A stretch of DNA of 64,000 bases, from positions 124,001 to 188,000 of the IMG/VR virus record IMGVR_UViG_3300024252_000004, one strand, 5' to 3'. The first letter of the stretch is position 1; each line of letters starts with the position of its first letter. Shown here in pieces: positions 44,913 to 54,251 of the stretch. The position numbers and the translations under genes were made by a program. The notes below the pieces were generated by a model. It was given only the letters and a program-made list of their open reading frames with translations, did no database searches and was not told where the DNA came from.

Positions 44913-45620
44913 ATGAATCGGCTCCTATACATGATTCTGTGTCTAGTCATCACAACGACTTGGCTAATGAACTATTATGTTTTCGACGGGAGTATGGTGT
45001 TAGGTGTAGTGTCTGGTTCTGAACCTTGGTTTGCTTTTATGGGATCGGTCTTTGCCGTAGTTAGTCATGCTTCGTGGGGTCATTACCTTTCGAACATGTT
45101 CATGCTTGCTATGTGCTATGTATTCCTCACAAGATATCTATCCGTCGCGCAATATGTGATGCTAACACTATCTGGCATCTTTGGTACTGGATTCATTGCG
45201 TGGCAACTTGACGTTAGGGAGTTTGGAGAAGCGATTCACATTGGTTCAAGCGGATTGATTTGGGCTTACATGGTGGTAGCTTTGCTCTTTACGTTCCGAT
45301 ACCTAAAGAGCAAGCTGCTCTCTAAGATTGAAACAGGTTTGTACTACTGCCTATTCCTTACAACATTGCTCGGAGTGGGGGGGCTTTTTCCTGCCGATGA
45401 TATGATCTCTTGGCAGATGCACCTTGGCGGTTTGATCATTGGTCTATTCTTCACAGTATATCTGATTCACAATAGAGAAAGTGCAACTCTTTCTCTGCCA
45501 TTGTTTTCGAAAAGGAAGATCGTTAATGCTTCAAGTGCTAGAGTCAATTACATCGTCGGTGCAAAAGTTTATAACAGGTGCTCCGGCCGAAGAAGAAAAT
45601 CCATTGAGAAAGCCAGATAG
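44913..45620 (+). CDS. Rhomboid-family intramembrane serine protease
   Basis: SHASWGHYLSNM (H...H...N), IGSSG (catalytic Ser), MHLGG (catalytic His); 6 TM. Confidence 0.85.
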   Translation: MNRLLYMILCLVITTTWLMNYYVFDGSMVLGVVSGSEPWFAFMGSVFAVVSHASWGHYLSNMFMLAMCYVFLTRYLSVAQYVMLTLSGIFGTGFIAWQLDVREFGEAIHIGSSGLIWAYMVVALLFTFRYLKSKLLSKIETGLYYCLFLTTLLGVGGLFPADDMISWQMHLGGLIIGLFFTVYLIHNRESATLSLPLFSKRKIVNASSARVNYIVGAKVYNRCSGRRRKSIEKAR

Positions 45621-46152
45621 GGTCCGAGTCCTAGGCTCATATTCTCATCATTCCGCATTCGCATTGGATTCAGGTCTATTGAATTATGCAGCTCAAAAAG
45701 CTGTTGCGGAAATCAATGAGGCTCTTGTCTCAAAGGGTAGGAAAGTCTCTATTGTTTTTCGAGGTCTCTCTGGTTCAACCATTGCAGGAGCAATACTTGC
45801 TGAGGCTTCAAGAAAGGGAGTAGAGATTGGTGCATTCTATGTAAGGAAGGAGTTTGAGGATAGTCATGGGACGAAGGTAGAGTATGGTACGCCGTGGCCT
45901 GCTTCTCAAACCGAGGTGTTTGTAATCGTTGATGACTTCGTTGATAGTGGAAATACTATCAAAGAAATGTATGAAGTAATTGCTGCGGAATACCCTGCAA
46001 TATATGAGGCCGAGATTGGACATAAAAATGGAGCTGAGGCTCCGGATGTAGAGTGGGGAATCTGTTTGATTGAAGATTCCAAAATACATAATGTATTTGC
46101 CAATGGGTTTAACATCTCCTTCATGAAGCATCGGTTCGGGTGTTACTTCTAA
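45526..46152 (+). CDS. Type I phosphoribosyltransferase-like protein
   Basis: PRPP-binding loop VIVDDFVDSGNT; YVRK.....HG as in orotate PRT. Confidence 0.8.
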   Translation: MLQVLESITSSVQKFITGAPAEEENPLRKPDRVRVLGSYSHHSAFALDSGLLNYAAQKAVAEINEALVSKGRKVSIVFRGLSGSTIAGAILAEASRKGVEIGAFYVRKEFEDSHGTKVEYGTPWPASQTEVFVIVDDFVDSGNTIKEMYEVIAAEYPAIYEAEIGHKNGAEAPDVEWGICLIEDSKIHNVFANGFNISFMKHRFGCYF

Positions 46153-46181
46153 TAGTAATCCTGTTTGGTAGCATTCTTTTA

Positions 46182-46205
46182 TAGAAAACTCCCAGGACGT
46201 TATAG
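46182..46205 (+). promoter_or_regulatory. Isolated copy of the cassette promoter motif
   Basis: TAGAAAACTCCCAGGACGTTATAG upstream of the SprT/helicase genes. Confidence 0.6.
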
Positions 46206-46267
46206 GGTAGTAGAGGACGAGCTTGTAAAGGGCTCGACTGCCACCCCTATATCTAAAGGCTGATACC

Positions 46268-46885
46268 ATGGAAATCTTGATCGATCTTTCGGTAAAGCCT
46301 GAGCCAACAGCGAAGCCTGTTACTGGTCCTGCGACTCCCGATATCCGAGCGATGTTTAACCGCATCAATACTGAGAAGTTCGGCGGCTATCTTCCTGACA
46401 CTTTCGATGTCAAGTGGTGCAACAGTCTTCGTGTTACTGCCGGGACTTGCAGGTGGATTCGGCGAGGTAGCACTTACACTATCGAATTCATTCGGCTGAG
46501 CATTAAGCTGTTCCGAGAGAATGGCTGGAATCTCGCCGAGATTGAGAATACTCTCACTCATGAAATGGCTCATGCCTATCTCGTTCTGCGACACGGTATC
46601 AGTGGTCATGGCCCTGAGTTTCAGAATCTGATGCATCGTCTGGTTGGTTGGCGTAAGAACCACACCTATCACGCATACGATGTCAGCAACCTTAGGAACA
46701 TTCGCCGCAATAAGGTTGAGATCTATTGCACTAGCTGCGAGTGTGTCATTGGCAGCAGGAAGCGTAAGCCGAGCGCGAAGAAGATTCATCTTTACACTCA
46801 CGTATCTTGTGGTGGTAAGGTGACTTTCCGCACTGTCCCAATCAAGAGTGACCCAAACACTCTCTTCTCTCTCTCCCGCAGCTAG
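46268..46885 (+). CDS. SprT-like metalloprotease with C-terminal zinc motif
   Basis: RVTAG.C, TLTHEMAH, GHGPEF, CxxC...H..C. Confidence 0.88.
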   Translation: MEILIDLSVKPEPTAKPVTGPATPDIRAMFNRINTEKFGGYLPDTFDVKWCNSLRVTAGTCRWIRRGSTYTIEFIRLSIKLFRENGWNLAEIENTLTHEMAHAYLVLRHGISGHGPEFQNLMHRLVGWRKNHTYHAYDVSNLRNIRRNKVEIYCTSCECVIGSRKRKPSAKKIHLYTHVSCGGKVTFRTVPIKSDPNTLFSLSRS

Positions 46886-46893
46886 GCAGCACA

Positions 46894-48552
46894 ATGGAAG
46901 AACTTTTCAGTCTCGGAACGCCGCCCGCTAAGAAGCCGAGAAAGAGGGCTGTTAGTAAGCGTAGCACTGGTCGCAAGCCTCGTGCTCGTCGCACTCCTAC
47001 GTTTGCATCTTCTGGCAGCTCCATTGTCAAGGAGACTCTGAGTTGCTCTTACACCCCGTCTGTCTACCAGATGGGAGTGTATAACTTCTTGAAGGAAGAG
47101 ACTGGTTCTTGCATTGTTGATGCAAAGGCTGGTGCTGGCAAGACTTCTACTGTTGAAATGATTGGAAAGAATCTCAATCAGAGTGTTTCCGGTCAGCGTC
47201 AGTTCGTTCTGATGCTTGCTTTCAACAAGGGTATTGCTGCCGAGCTTGGTAGCAGAATGCCTGACTGGATCAAGTGTGGTACTTTCCACTCGATTGGAAT
47301 GCTCACTTGGGGGCGTCATGTCAAGTCTCGTCTCGAAGTGAAGGCAGGAAAGGTTCGCGGTATCCTTAAGGATCTCTTGGAAGAGAAGGAGTATCGTTCC
47401 TTCAGTGGAGTTGCTTGTAAGCTGATCGGACTGGCGAAGAATGCTGGTATCGGTACTTGGCTTCGTGAGGACACTGAGGATGCTTGGTCATATCTGTTGT
47501 CCCATCACTGCGTTAATATTGGTTCGGATTCTGATGGTGGTACTGACCGGAAGTCTCGACTGATCAGCATCTGTCGGCAGGCGCTTGAGCAAAACAACAA
47601 GATGCGTACTGTCATTGATTTCGATGACATGTTGTATCTCCCCGTTCTGGAAGGCTGTTACTTCTTTCGAAATCATCTTGTGTTTGTCGATGAGGCACAG
47701 GACACAAACCTGATTCAGCTTGCAATGTTGAAGCGTCTTCTTCGCAAGAATGGCCGTCTGATTGCAGTTGGTGATCCCAATCAGGCAATCTACGGTTTCC
47801 GTGGTGCAGACAGTCAGGCTATTGACAAGCTGATTCGCTGGTTCAAGTGCAAGGTTCTCCCTCTCTCCATCTGTTACCGTTGTGACAGAGCGATTGTAGA
47901 AAAGGCTCAGGAGATTGTTCCCGAGATTGAATACTACGAAGGCAATGGAGAGGGTAAGGTTGAGAGTCTGCCTGACTATGACGCAGAAACCTTCAAGACT
48001 GGTGATGCGATCCTGTGTCGTAACACTGCACCTCTCATTCGGTTCGCATACGGTCTGATTGGTCGTCGTGTCCCTGCAAAGGTGATGGGTCGAGAGATTG
48101 GTGCTGGTCTGGTCAAGCTGATCAAGGATCTTAAGTCTGAGTCCATCAATACTCTTGGTGGTGACTTGCAGGACTGGTCTGACAAGCAGACTGCTCGACT
48201 GGCACAGGAAGAGGGCAGTGAGACTGCGATTGGAATGATCAATGACAAGGTCGAATGTATCAAGATTTTCTTGGACAATCTCGATCGTTCCGACTTCACT
48301 ATCAGTGGTCTCTGCAAGAGCATTCACTCTCTGTTCTCTGATGATGACAATGTCGGTGTCCAGTTGGGCACTGTTCATCGCTCCAAGGGGCATGAGTGGG
48401 ATAGGGTCTTCATCCTTGATTCTCACTTGATGCCTTCGCGTTACGCTCGGCTGGAATGGCAGCGTCAGCAGGAGATTAACCTCCAGTATGTTGCTTTCAC
48501 TCGCGCCAAGCATTACCTTGCGTTCATGTCTTCTGAGTGTTGGAAGGACTAA
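46894..48552 (+). CDS. UvrD/Rep-family SF1 helicase with basic N-terminal tail
   Basis: AKAGAGKTS, VDEAQD, VGDPNQAIYGFRGA, TVHRSKGHEW, YVAFTRAK. Confidence 0.93.
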   Translation: MEELFSLGTPPAKKPRKRAVSKRSTGRKPRARRTPTFASSGSSIVKETLSCSYTPSVYQMGVYNFLKEETGSCIVDAKAGAGKTSTVEMIGKNLNQSVSGQRQFVLMLAFNKGIAAELGSRMPDWIKCGTFHSIGMLTWGRHVKSRLEVKAGKVRGILKDLLEEKEYRSFSGVACKLIGLAKNAGIGTWLREDTEDAWSYLLSHHCVNIGSDSDGGTDRKSRLISICRQALEQNNKMRTVIDFDDMLYLPVLEGCYFFRNHLVFVDEAQDTNLIQLAMLKRLLRKNGRLIAVGDPNQAIYGFRGADSQAIDKLIRWFKCKVLPLSICYRCDRAIVEKAQEIVPEIEYYEGNGEGKVESLPDYDAETFKTGDAILCRNTAPLIRFAYGLIGRRVPAKVMGREIGAGLVKLIKDLKSESINTLGGDLQDWSDKQTARLAQEEGSETAIGMINDKVECIKIFLDNLDRSDFTISGLCKSIHSLFSDDDNVGVQLGTVHRSKGHEWDRVFILDSHLMPSRYARLEWQRQQEINLQYVAFTRAKHYLAFMSSECWKD

Positions 48553-48896
48553 TGAGTAGTCCTCTCAATAGAATCTCTCCGCCGTCTGATTGGACTCTAG
48601 TTGTTCCAGACCGTGATCCTTCGGATGATGGAGTCTGGGAGTTCAGATATGATAAGGAACTCTTCGAAAGAGAGTATGCCGATAAGCATAACTCAATCGA
48701 ACGATTCGCAAGAGCAACTTGGTGCCTAAACTCCGTTTTCTACGGTGAGGTATACACTTGCAAAGAAGATGGCAAGAACTACTGTGGCGTTTATCTCGAC
48801 ACCACCATTCCCAAAAGGCACTTCAAGCTCTTTGATACTGTTAGAGAGGCAAGGGAGTTTGTCAATGACTGGATCGCTCTAAAGGATATTCAATGA
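48552..48896 (+). CDS. Hypothetical protein
   Basis: TAATG coupling. Confidence 0.7.
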   Translation: MSSPLNRISPPSDWTLVVPDRDPSDDGVWEFRYDKELFEREYADKHNSIERFARATWCLNSVFYGEVYTCKEDGKNYCGVYLDTTIPKRHFKLFDTVREAREFVNDWIALKDIQ

Positions 48897-49156
48897 GCGC
48901 AACTTTGTGGATTAAGGCAGCCCATTGTCGCCATTGTGGTGACGGTTTCAAACAGAGATGGGAAAATTTCCGCACTCTTCCTAGGGAACCGGAACTCGTC
49001 TGCACAAACTGTGGTTCTGTTGGCAAGTGGAGTAAAGGTATTGGAAGGAAGAAGCGAAAGTTTATTCCTTGGACAAATGCAGAATGGGAATGGACTACCG
49101 AGACGATGATTCATTCATTGGCCGGAAGTAATAATCATTTCGAGGGGGACAGGTGA
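48893..49156 (+). CDS. Zinc-ribbon protein
   Basis: CRHCG...CTNCG. Confidence 0.7.
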   Translation: MSATLWIKAAHCRHCGDGFKQRWENFRTLPREPELVCTNCGSVGKWSKGIGRKKRKFIPWTNAEWEWTTETMIHSLAGSNNHFEGDR

Positions 49157-50025
49157 ATAGGTTCGATTACCACGCTGACACTTCTGATGAGGCTACTCAG
49201 TATCTGAAGTACAGAGTCAAAGAGTTTCTTCGTTTTGGCGCGAGACTCATTCATCATCACACTTTCGAGAGTGGTGACGTTGCGGTGGTAGTTGAACTCA
49301 ATGGAGAGAATTTCCTCATCATCTATGTCCTGAGCAGTAATCGCGGACAAGGAGCTTACCCGGTGCTTTACGCTGAGGCGCAGAAGGAGCTATCAAGCTT
49401 TTCTCCCCGCCGGGTTCTGACTGTGTGGGCTTGTAATGTTGATGACTATCTCGATGACAAGGGGATTTCCTATCTGATGCTTGATCCTCACAGAATGAGT
49501 GGAGATCCTGAGCAGCAAGGTAAGATGGCGATCTTCTCAGAGTACACTCTGATCGATCTCTACTGGGCAAACAAAGTTGCAAAGAGGACAGGTGTACCCT
49601 ACATGCTTCATGTTGATGAAGGACTAGGAGTCTTGGAAGAAATCGGAGCGTCAGAGAGGGCTATGAGGATCTATGCCCTTCATGGTCTGTTGCAGGAAGT
49701 TTACCGTGACAAAACGTATGACTTCCCTGGCCTTAGCCACGTCTCTCCCGATGTCCTCATTGGAGCTATGGAATACAGAGCGGTAGCTAACGCTCACCTT
49801 TCTTCTCACGATCCTTGCACTCCGAAACTGAGTGAAGATCCTGATGTGAATGAAGCATTGATTGCTGACAAGGTACAGAACAGGAAAGACTTCGAGCTTT
49901 ACCATAGAGATACCCATGACCGGAGCGATGCACTTGATGCGTACTTCCGTCGATGGCTGAAGGCTCTAGGAATCACAGAGACTCGTTACGCCGAACTCGC
50001 GGCCATCATTTCAAACGGAGATTAA
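49153..50025 (+). CDS. Hypothetical protein (GNAT-like N-terminus, helical HD-like C-terminus)
   Basis: IYV..SNRGQG.Y acetyl-CoA-binding-like motif; H.DEG..., LH and ADKVQN segments. Confidence 0.55.
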   Translation: MNRFDYHADTSDEATQYLKYRVKEFLRFGARLIHHHTFESGDVAVVVELNGENFLIIYVLSSNRGQGAYPVLYAEAQKELSSFSPRRVLTVWACNVDDYLDDKGISYLMLDPHRMSGDPEQQGKMAIFSEYTLIDLYWANKVAKRTGVPYMLHVDEGLGVLEEIGASERAMRIYALHGLLQEVYRDKTYDFPGLSHVSPDVLIGAMEYRAVANAHLSSHDPCTPKLSEDPDVNEALIADKVQNRKDFELYHRDTHDRSDALDAYFRRWLKALGITETRYAELAAIISNGD

Positions 50026-50027
50026 AA

Positions 50028-50381
50028 ATGTCAGATACTCGTTCGCTTGGAGTATACCGAAAGCCATGTGACAATCAGCCAAATGTAATTCCTGGGCTTG
50101 AACTCATTGAGCCATTTTACTATGTTGATTGGGGTAGCTGTAGGGTCTATACCACGAAGTCTCTTATGCGTAGCAGGCAAACTAGTGCAAATCATCCAAG
50201 TTGTTTTATCGTTGGAATTCCGGGAGAACGAGTACAGTATAGACATCCTGCATTTACCGATATCTGTCTCGGAGAGTTTTTCGGACTCATGAACGAAGAG
50301 GAAAAAGAACAGTTCTTGGAAAATTATGAGCAACTGTCTAAGTTGCTTAAGTTCCCCAAAGACCTACAGCTTGGAGATTGA
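50028..50381 (+). CDS. Hypothetical protein
   Basis: GGAG RBS. Confidence 0.65.
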   Translation: MSDTRSLGVYRKPCDNQPNVIPGLELIEPFYYVDWGSCRVYTTKSLMRSRQTSANHPSCFIVGIPGERVQYRHPAFTDICLGEFFGLMNEEEKEQFLENYEQLSKLLKFPKDLQLGD

Positions 50382-50449
50382 AATGTCTGGAAAAAAGATT
50401 ACCCCAAAGACCTACAGCTTGGAGATTGAAATGTCTGGAAAAAAGATTA
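50354..50449 (+). repeat. Exact 48-bp tandem duplication across a gene junction
   Basis: CCCCAAAGACCTACAGCTTGGAGATTGAAATGTCTGGAAAAAAGATTA twice (50354-50401, 50402-50449), followed by CCCCAA. Confidence 0.95.
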
Positions 50450-51102
50450 CCCCAACGATGATCTATAAGGCTCTCAGAGATATGTTCCCTGGAGAGTATG
50501 TGCCTCTGCGGAAGGTTCCGACAGAGTGTCCGCATCCTGGCAATGAACCAAGAAAGTCTCCGTCTTATCAGAGCAAGACGATTTACTCCAAGACTATCAT
50601 CAAAGCAGATATGTCTGTGCAGCAGATGATGGATCTTCTTTCCGAGGTTCCCACTCGTTCGTTCACTGTTTCACCCAAGCGTGTTCAGATCGGTACAGAG
50701 AAGAAGTCTTACCAAGAATATCAATGGGATGGGGAAGACGATGTCGAAGTAACTGTCAATACAGAGGTCCCAGTCTATTCTGACGAGGTTGAGTTCGTTG
50801 AGTTTTATACCAGCTACGAGGATCCAGAGTGGGGCTCTTTGGTGTCCCAGGCGAAGAAGGACAATGATCTCTGGCATGATAGAATGCGGAACTATTCTAG
50901 AAAAAGAAAGGATAGGGATGCCGCGATGAAGCACAACCGCTCTTTGATCAGTGCTGCTCGGCATCATGATTCAGAGAAGTGGGCTGGTGTTGGCAGACTC
51001 CTGAAGGGCAAGGCTGATCCGAATTTCATTGCGAAGCAGAGAGACAGACTGTTGACTCAGGTTGACAGGCTTAATGCGTTGATTGCCGAAGAGGAAGATT
51101 GA
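50383..51102 (+). CDS. Hypothetical protein (second possible start at 50431)
   Basis: GGAG RBS before both duplicated ATGs. Confidence 0.75.
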   Translation: MSGKKITPKTYSLEIEMSGKKITPTMIYKALRDMFPGEYVPLRKVPTECPHPGNEPRKSPSYQSKTIYSKTIIKADMSVQQMMDLLSEVPTRSFTVSPKRVQIGTEKKSYQEYQWDGEDDVEVTVNTEVPVYSDEVEFVEFYTSYEDPEWGSLVSQAKKDNDLWHDRMRNYSRKRKDRDAAMKHNRSLISAARHHDSEKWAGVGRLLKGKADPNFIAKQRDRLLTQVDRLNALIAEEED

Positions 51103-51103
51103 A

Positions 51104-51463
51104 ATGAATCGTCATACTGATTGCTACAGACTTGCTCCACTGTATGAGCAGCTAGTACAGCAGGGGATGAGAGAAGGAGTTCTTGATGAAGAGTCTGAGA
51201 CTCATAACATTGAGGCATACTTCGACACGCTAAGGGCAGAAGGCAGACTAGAAGGATCTGTCAATAAACTCATTGGCAATGACCTAGAGGATGAGGTACT
51301 CGATTCTCTTTGGGAGCATTTCGCCGGAGAAGGATGCAATGGCTGGTGGGATGATAAGCCTCACCAGATTGGATATCGTCTTCTGCTGAGACTTACTCGC
51401 GCAGAGGCTAAGCTTGCTTCGCTTAAGAAGGAGATTAGGGGGTTCGATGAACAAAGACGCTGA
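51104..51463 (+). CDS. Hypothetical protein
   Basis: GAGGA RBS. Confidence 0.7.
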   Translation: MNRHTDCYRLAPLYEQLVQQGMREGVLDEESETHNIEAYFDTLRAEGRLEGSVNKLIGNDLEDEVLDSLWEHFAGEGCNGWWDDKPHQIGYRLLLRLTRAEAKLASLKKEIRGFDEQRR

Positions 51464-51677
51464 CGGAAAGTTCATCGATCTTTATTCAAACTCAGTAGAA
51501 GATGCTGCCGAGTTTGAACGTTACTTCAACTGTGACGATGACGAAGAACCAATTGATTACTACGAGATGCAAGACGGAGAAGAGGAAGAAGACTCTTCTG
51601 ATTCCGATAGTGTCGATGACTATGATTTTTGCAGGTGCTGCTTCGCAGTCTGCGTCTGCCCCAAACCTAAGCGGTAG
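51447..51677 (+). CDS. Acidic protein with Cys-rich C-terminus
   Basis: D/E tract, then CRCCFAVCVC. Confidence 0.65.
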   Translation: MNKDADGKFIDLYSNSVEDAAEFERYFNCDDDEEPIDYYEMQDGEEEEDSSDSDSVDDYDFCRCCFAVCVCPKPKR

Positions 51678-51687
51678 GCTTCCCCTA

Positions 51688-52143
51688 ATGACTCCGTATA
51701 ATCCTGCGTCCTACCTTGATAGGCGTGCTCTTGCAAGTGCTCTTGTATTTAAGCTGACCGAATGTGGCTTTGTTCAGGACACACAGGCAAGTGGCGAGAA
51801 GACTTTTTACCGTATGGTTCCTGGCACTGACCGAAAGGTAGTTGTCTATACGACCATCGACTGTGATCAGGTTCGTTCTGTTGGTAGGGATGCGATTAGG
51901 ATTTGCGGAGTGCATAAGAACTCTAAGGGTAATTGGCTGGGCCTCGTTAAGAATACAAGAGTCAACAGGACCGGCAAGATTGACGCTATCGTCCAGAGAA
52001 TGTATGATAGAATGCGTGATACTTATGGTAGGATCATGAACCCTACTGCTAAGTGTCACTGTGGTGCGTTGAAGTTCCTTACCAAGAGCGGCAACGAAGT
52101 CTGTTCTGAATTCTGTTGGACTAAGCGATGGACAGAGCGATGA
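51688..52143 (+). CDS. Hypothetical protein with C-terminal zinc finger
   Basis: CHCGA...CSEFCW. Confidence 0.75.
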   Translation: MTPYNPASYLDRRALASALVFKLTECGFVQDTQASGEKTFYRMVPGTDRKVVVYTTIDCDQVRSVGRDAIRICGVHKNSKGNWLGLVKNTRVNRTGKIDAIVQRMYDRMRDTYGRIMNPTAKCHCGALKFLTKSGNEVCSEFCWTKRWTER

Positions 52144-52382
52144 GTGGATCTTATTGCATTGTCCTGATCACTTACGAGAGCGGTAAGTCTCCAGTTAAGA
52201 GCTACTACTCTGATATTCCTGGTCCTGTTCCGAGGAAAGGGGAGACTGTAAATCTCCATGCACATAGTGACAGGGTCATTCTCCGTGACGCTACAGTTGT
52301 TGATGTCTTTCATACGATCGATGTTGGCGATGATGCTAACGTTGCTACAACGTTTGTAGTCATTGAAAGACTTAGGACCTGA
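52140..52382 (+). CDS. Hypothetical protein
   Basis: ATGA coupling. Confidence 0.7.
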   Translation: MSGSYCIVLITYESGKSPVKSYYSDIPGPVPRKGETVNLHAHSDRVILRDATVVDVFHTIDVGDDANVATTFVVIERLRT

Positions 52383-52384
52383 CA

Positions 52385-52621
52385 GTGCCTAAGCTAAAGA
52401 TTGGTAAACCTGCAACATGGCATACCGAAGACACAGATGTTCCTGTTGTGATCGACAGCATTGCTGGTTCTCACAATGGGGTTGTCTATTATTATGTCAG
52501 AGGAACTGCCGATACAATGGCTGGTAAGACTGGCATTCCCGAAAATGAATTGAGTCAAAAGAATGAGAAGTTTTCTCTCGATGACTCTGTAAAGCAGTTG
52601 CTAAAACTGTTCGGATTTTAG
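52385..52621 (+). CDS. Hypothetical protein
   Basis: AGGA RBS, GTG start. Confidence 0.65.
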   Translation: MPKLKIGKPATWHTEDTDVPVVIDSIAGSHNGVVYYYVRGTADTMAGKTGIPENELSQKNEKFSLDDSVKQLLKLFGF

Positions 52622-52661
52622 ACCCATTCGTCTTCGGGTAATGTAACTAAAGGATACAATA

Positions 52662-53228
52662 ATGAATCTCAAGGAAATCATTGAACTCGTAAAGCCAAAG
52701 CGTGAGAAGTCTTGGTCTGCCGGAGAACTCTATGAGGATCTCACTGGCAGCCATGAATGGATCGATGCGGATCATGCTGTCCGTTTGACTGAGGCTAACT
52801 ACACCAAATGGTTGTGTACCGACACTGCTGTCGGTAAAGTGATCTATTTCCTTGGTGACGAAGCAGTTGCTGTCTCTACTCAGGAAGGTAGAAAGTGCCG
52901 AAAGAAGTTCACCTGGATCTCTCGACGCACAGCAGAAATGACGAGAGACTATCTGCTCACTCTCATTCCAGTAGAGGAAGAACTCTTTGATGTTTTTACT
53001 CCAGAGGATCTTGAAGAGGATATAGGCAAGGGTTACTTTGTTAGTTTCGGCTCTCATTATCTGACGAATGATGTATGTACTTTTGATGATGATGTGCCCG
53101 TCACTATCGTCAAGGTATATGTCGAATACGAAGATATTGATTTCTGGAATTATGTCGTCGTAAAATTTTCGGATGGTTCCAAGAAGATCATGGAGATAAT
53201 GGATCTTTACATTCCATACGGAAAGTGA
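52662..53228 (+). CDS. Hypothetical protein
   Basis: AAGGA RBS, 188 aa. Confidence 0.75.
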   Translation: MNLKEIIELVKPKREKSWSAGELYEDLTGSHEWIDADHAVRLTEANYTKWLCTDTAVGKVIYFLGDEAVAVSTQEGRKCRKKFTWISRRTAEMTRDYLLTLIPVEEELFDVFTPEDLEEDIGKGYFVSFGSHYLTNDVCTFDDDVPVTIVKVYVEYEDIDFWNYVVVKFSDGSKKIMEIMDLYIPYGK

Positions 53229-53229
53229 T

Positions 53230-53820
53230 ATGAGACCGCTTGTTGTTGAAGGACATAAAGGAGCAGGCAAGACTCCTTTGATCGCTGCTATGCGCAAGTC
53301 TCTTGAAGACGGAGGCATTAAGCATCACATTGCTGAGCCTTGGCAGGCAGCGATCAAAGAGTTTGGCACAGATCCTTTCTACCTTTTCACTGACAATGAT
53401 CGGGCTAGAGAAATTGTAGAATTCTTGTCAGGATATGTCCGGCGCACACTGGCAGAGACTGATGATGATACCCTTCTGGTGTTCGATAGACAATGGCTGA
53501 CGTTCCTAACGTCTATCACGTTGATCGACACAGAGGGAGCCGGATTCTCTCAGGCACAGTACAGACAATACTTCAAATCGTTTATGAAGTGTGAGCCATG
53601 GACATTCTTCATTGCAAGCACTCCATACGTTCTGAAGAATCGTGCAAGCAGGAAGGGGCCACCTCCCTGGAATGAAGATGTAGACTATTGGACAAGGCTA
53701 AGACTGTTTAGCAAATACAGGAATTTGTTCGGCGGTATCTATTGGGTTAGAAAATCCCGAATAGATATGGACGAACTTGCGAATAGCATCCTAACTCAAT
53801 ACTATCGCGAGACCAACTAG
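53230..53820 (+). CDS. P-loop nucleoside monophosphate kinase (dTMP/dNMP kinase-like)
   Basis: VVEGHKGAGKT Walker A, EPW and VFDR motifs. Confidence 0.75.
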   Translation: MRPLVVEGHKGAGKTPLIAAMRKSLEDGGIKHHIAEPWQAAIKEFGTDPFYLFTDNDRAREIVEFLSGYVRRTLAETDDDTLLVFDRQWLTFLTSITLIDTEGAGFSQAQYRQYFKSFMKCEPWTFFIASTPYVLKNRASRKGPPPWNEDVDYWTRLRLFSKYRNLFGGIYWVRKSRIDMDELANSILTQYYRETN

Positions 53821-53845
53821 GTTCTCACAGGACACAGGTGTTAAT

Positions 53846-54250
53846 GTGGCAGAGGGTAAGTTTAGGTACGAGGTTCATACCGAGAGACCGAACTCTATCA
53901 GAGCAGCGAAGCTTGGACTGAAGAATAGGCTCTATGTTTCTGGCTGGCAGCTATCATATGAGCTACGCGGACTGATCCTAAGGCCGGGCGGCAAGATGAT
54001 CGTCCTAGCTTATAAGGAAGACCTACCCATTGGTATTCTGTTCGGAAAAAGAAGCGGGTTGGTCATGGTGTTCGTAAGAAAAGCCGAACGCCGACAAGGT
54101 ATTGGTACGCAGCTTTATTGTGAGGCTGCTAAGATCCTAAAAACAAAGATTTGGAACGACGAAGGAATCGAAGATAGCGATGTATTCTTTGCTAATGCAA
54201 AGGAGAAAGCTTTCGGTCCTCACTGGAGAAAGGAACTGAGGAGGCTCTGA
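53846..54250 (+). CDS. GNAT-family acetyltransferase
   Basis: VFVRKAERRQGIGTQL motif A. Confidence 0.8.
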   Translation: MAEGKFRYEVHTERPNSIRAAKLGLKNRLYVSGWQLSYELRGLILRPGGKMIVLAYKEDLPIGILFGKRSGLVMVFVRKAERRQGIGTQLYCEAAKILKTKIWNDEGIEDSDVFFANAKEKAFGPHWRKELRRL

Positions 54251-54251
54251 C

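Noticed and set aside
47488-48513. 341-aa antisense ORF inside the helicase
   Set aside because: Fully overlaps a well-conserved UvrD gene and has no motif of its own
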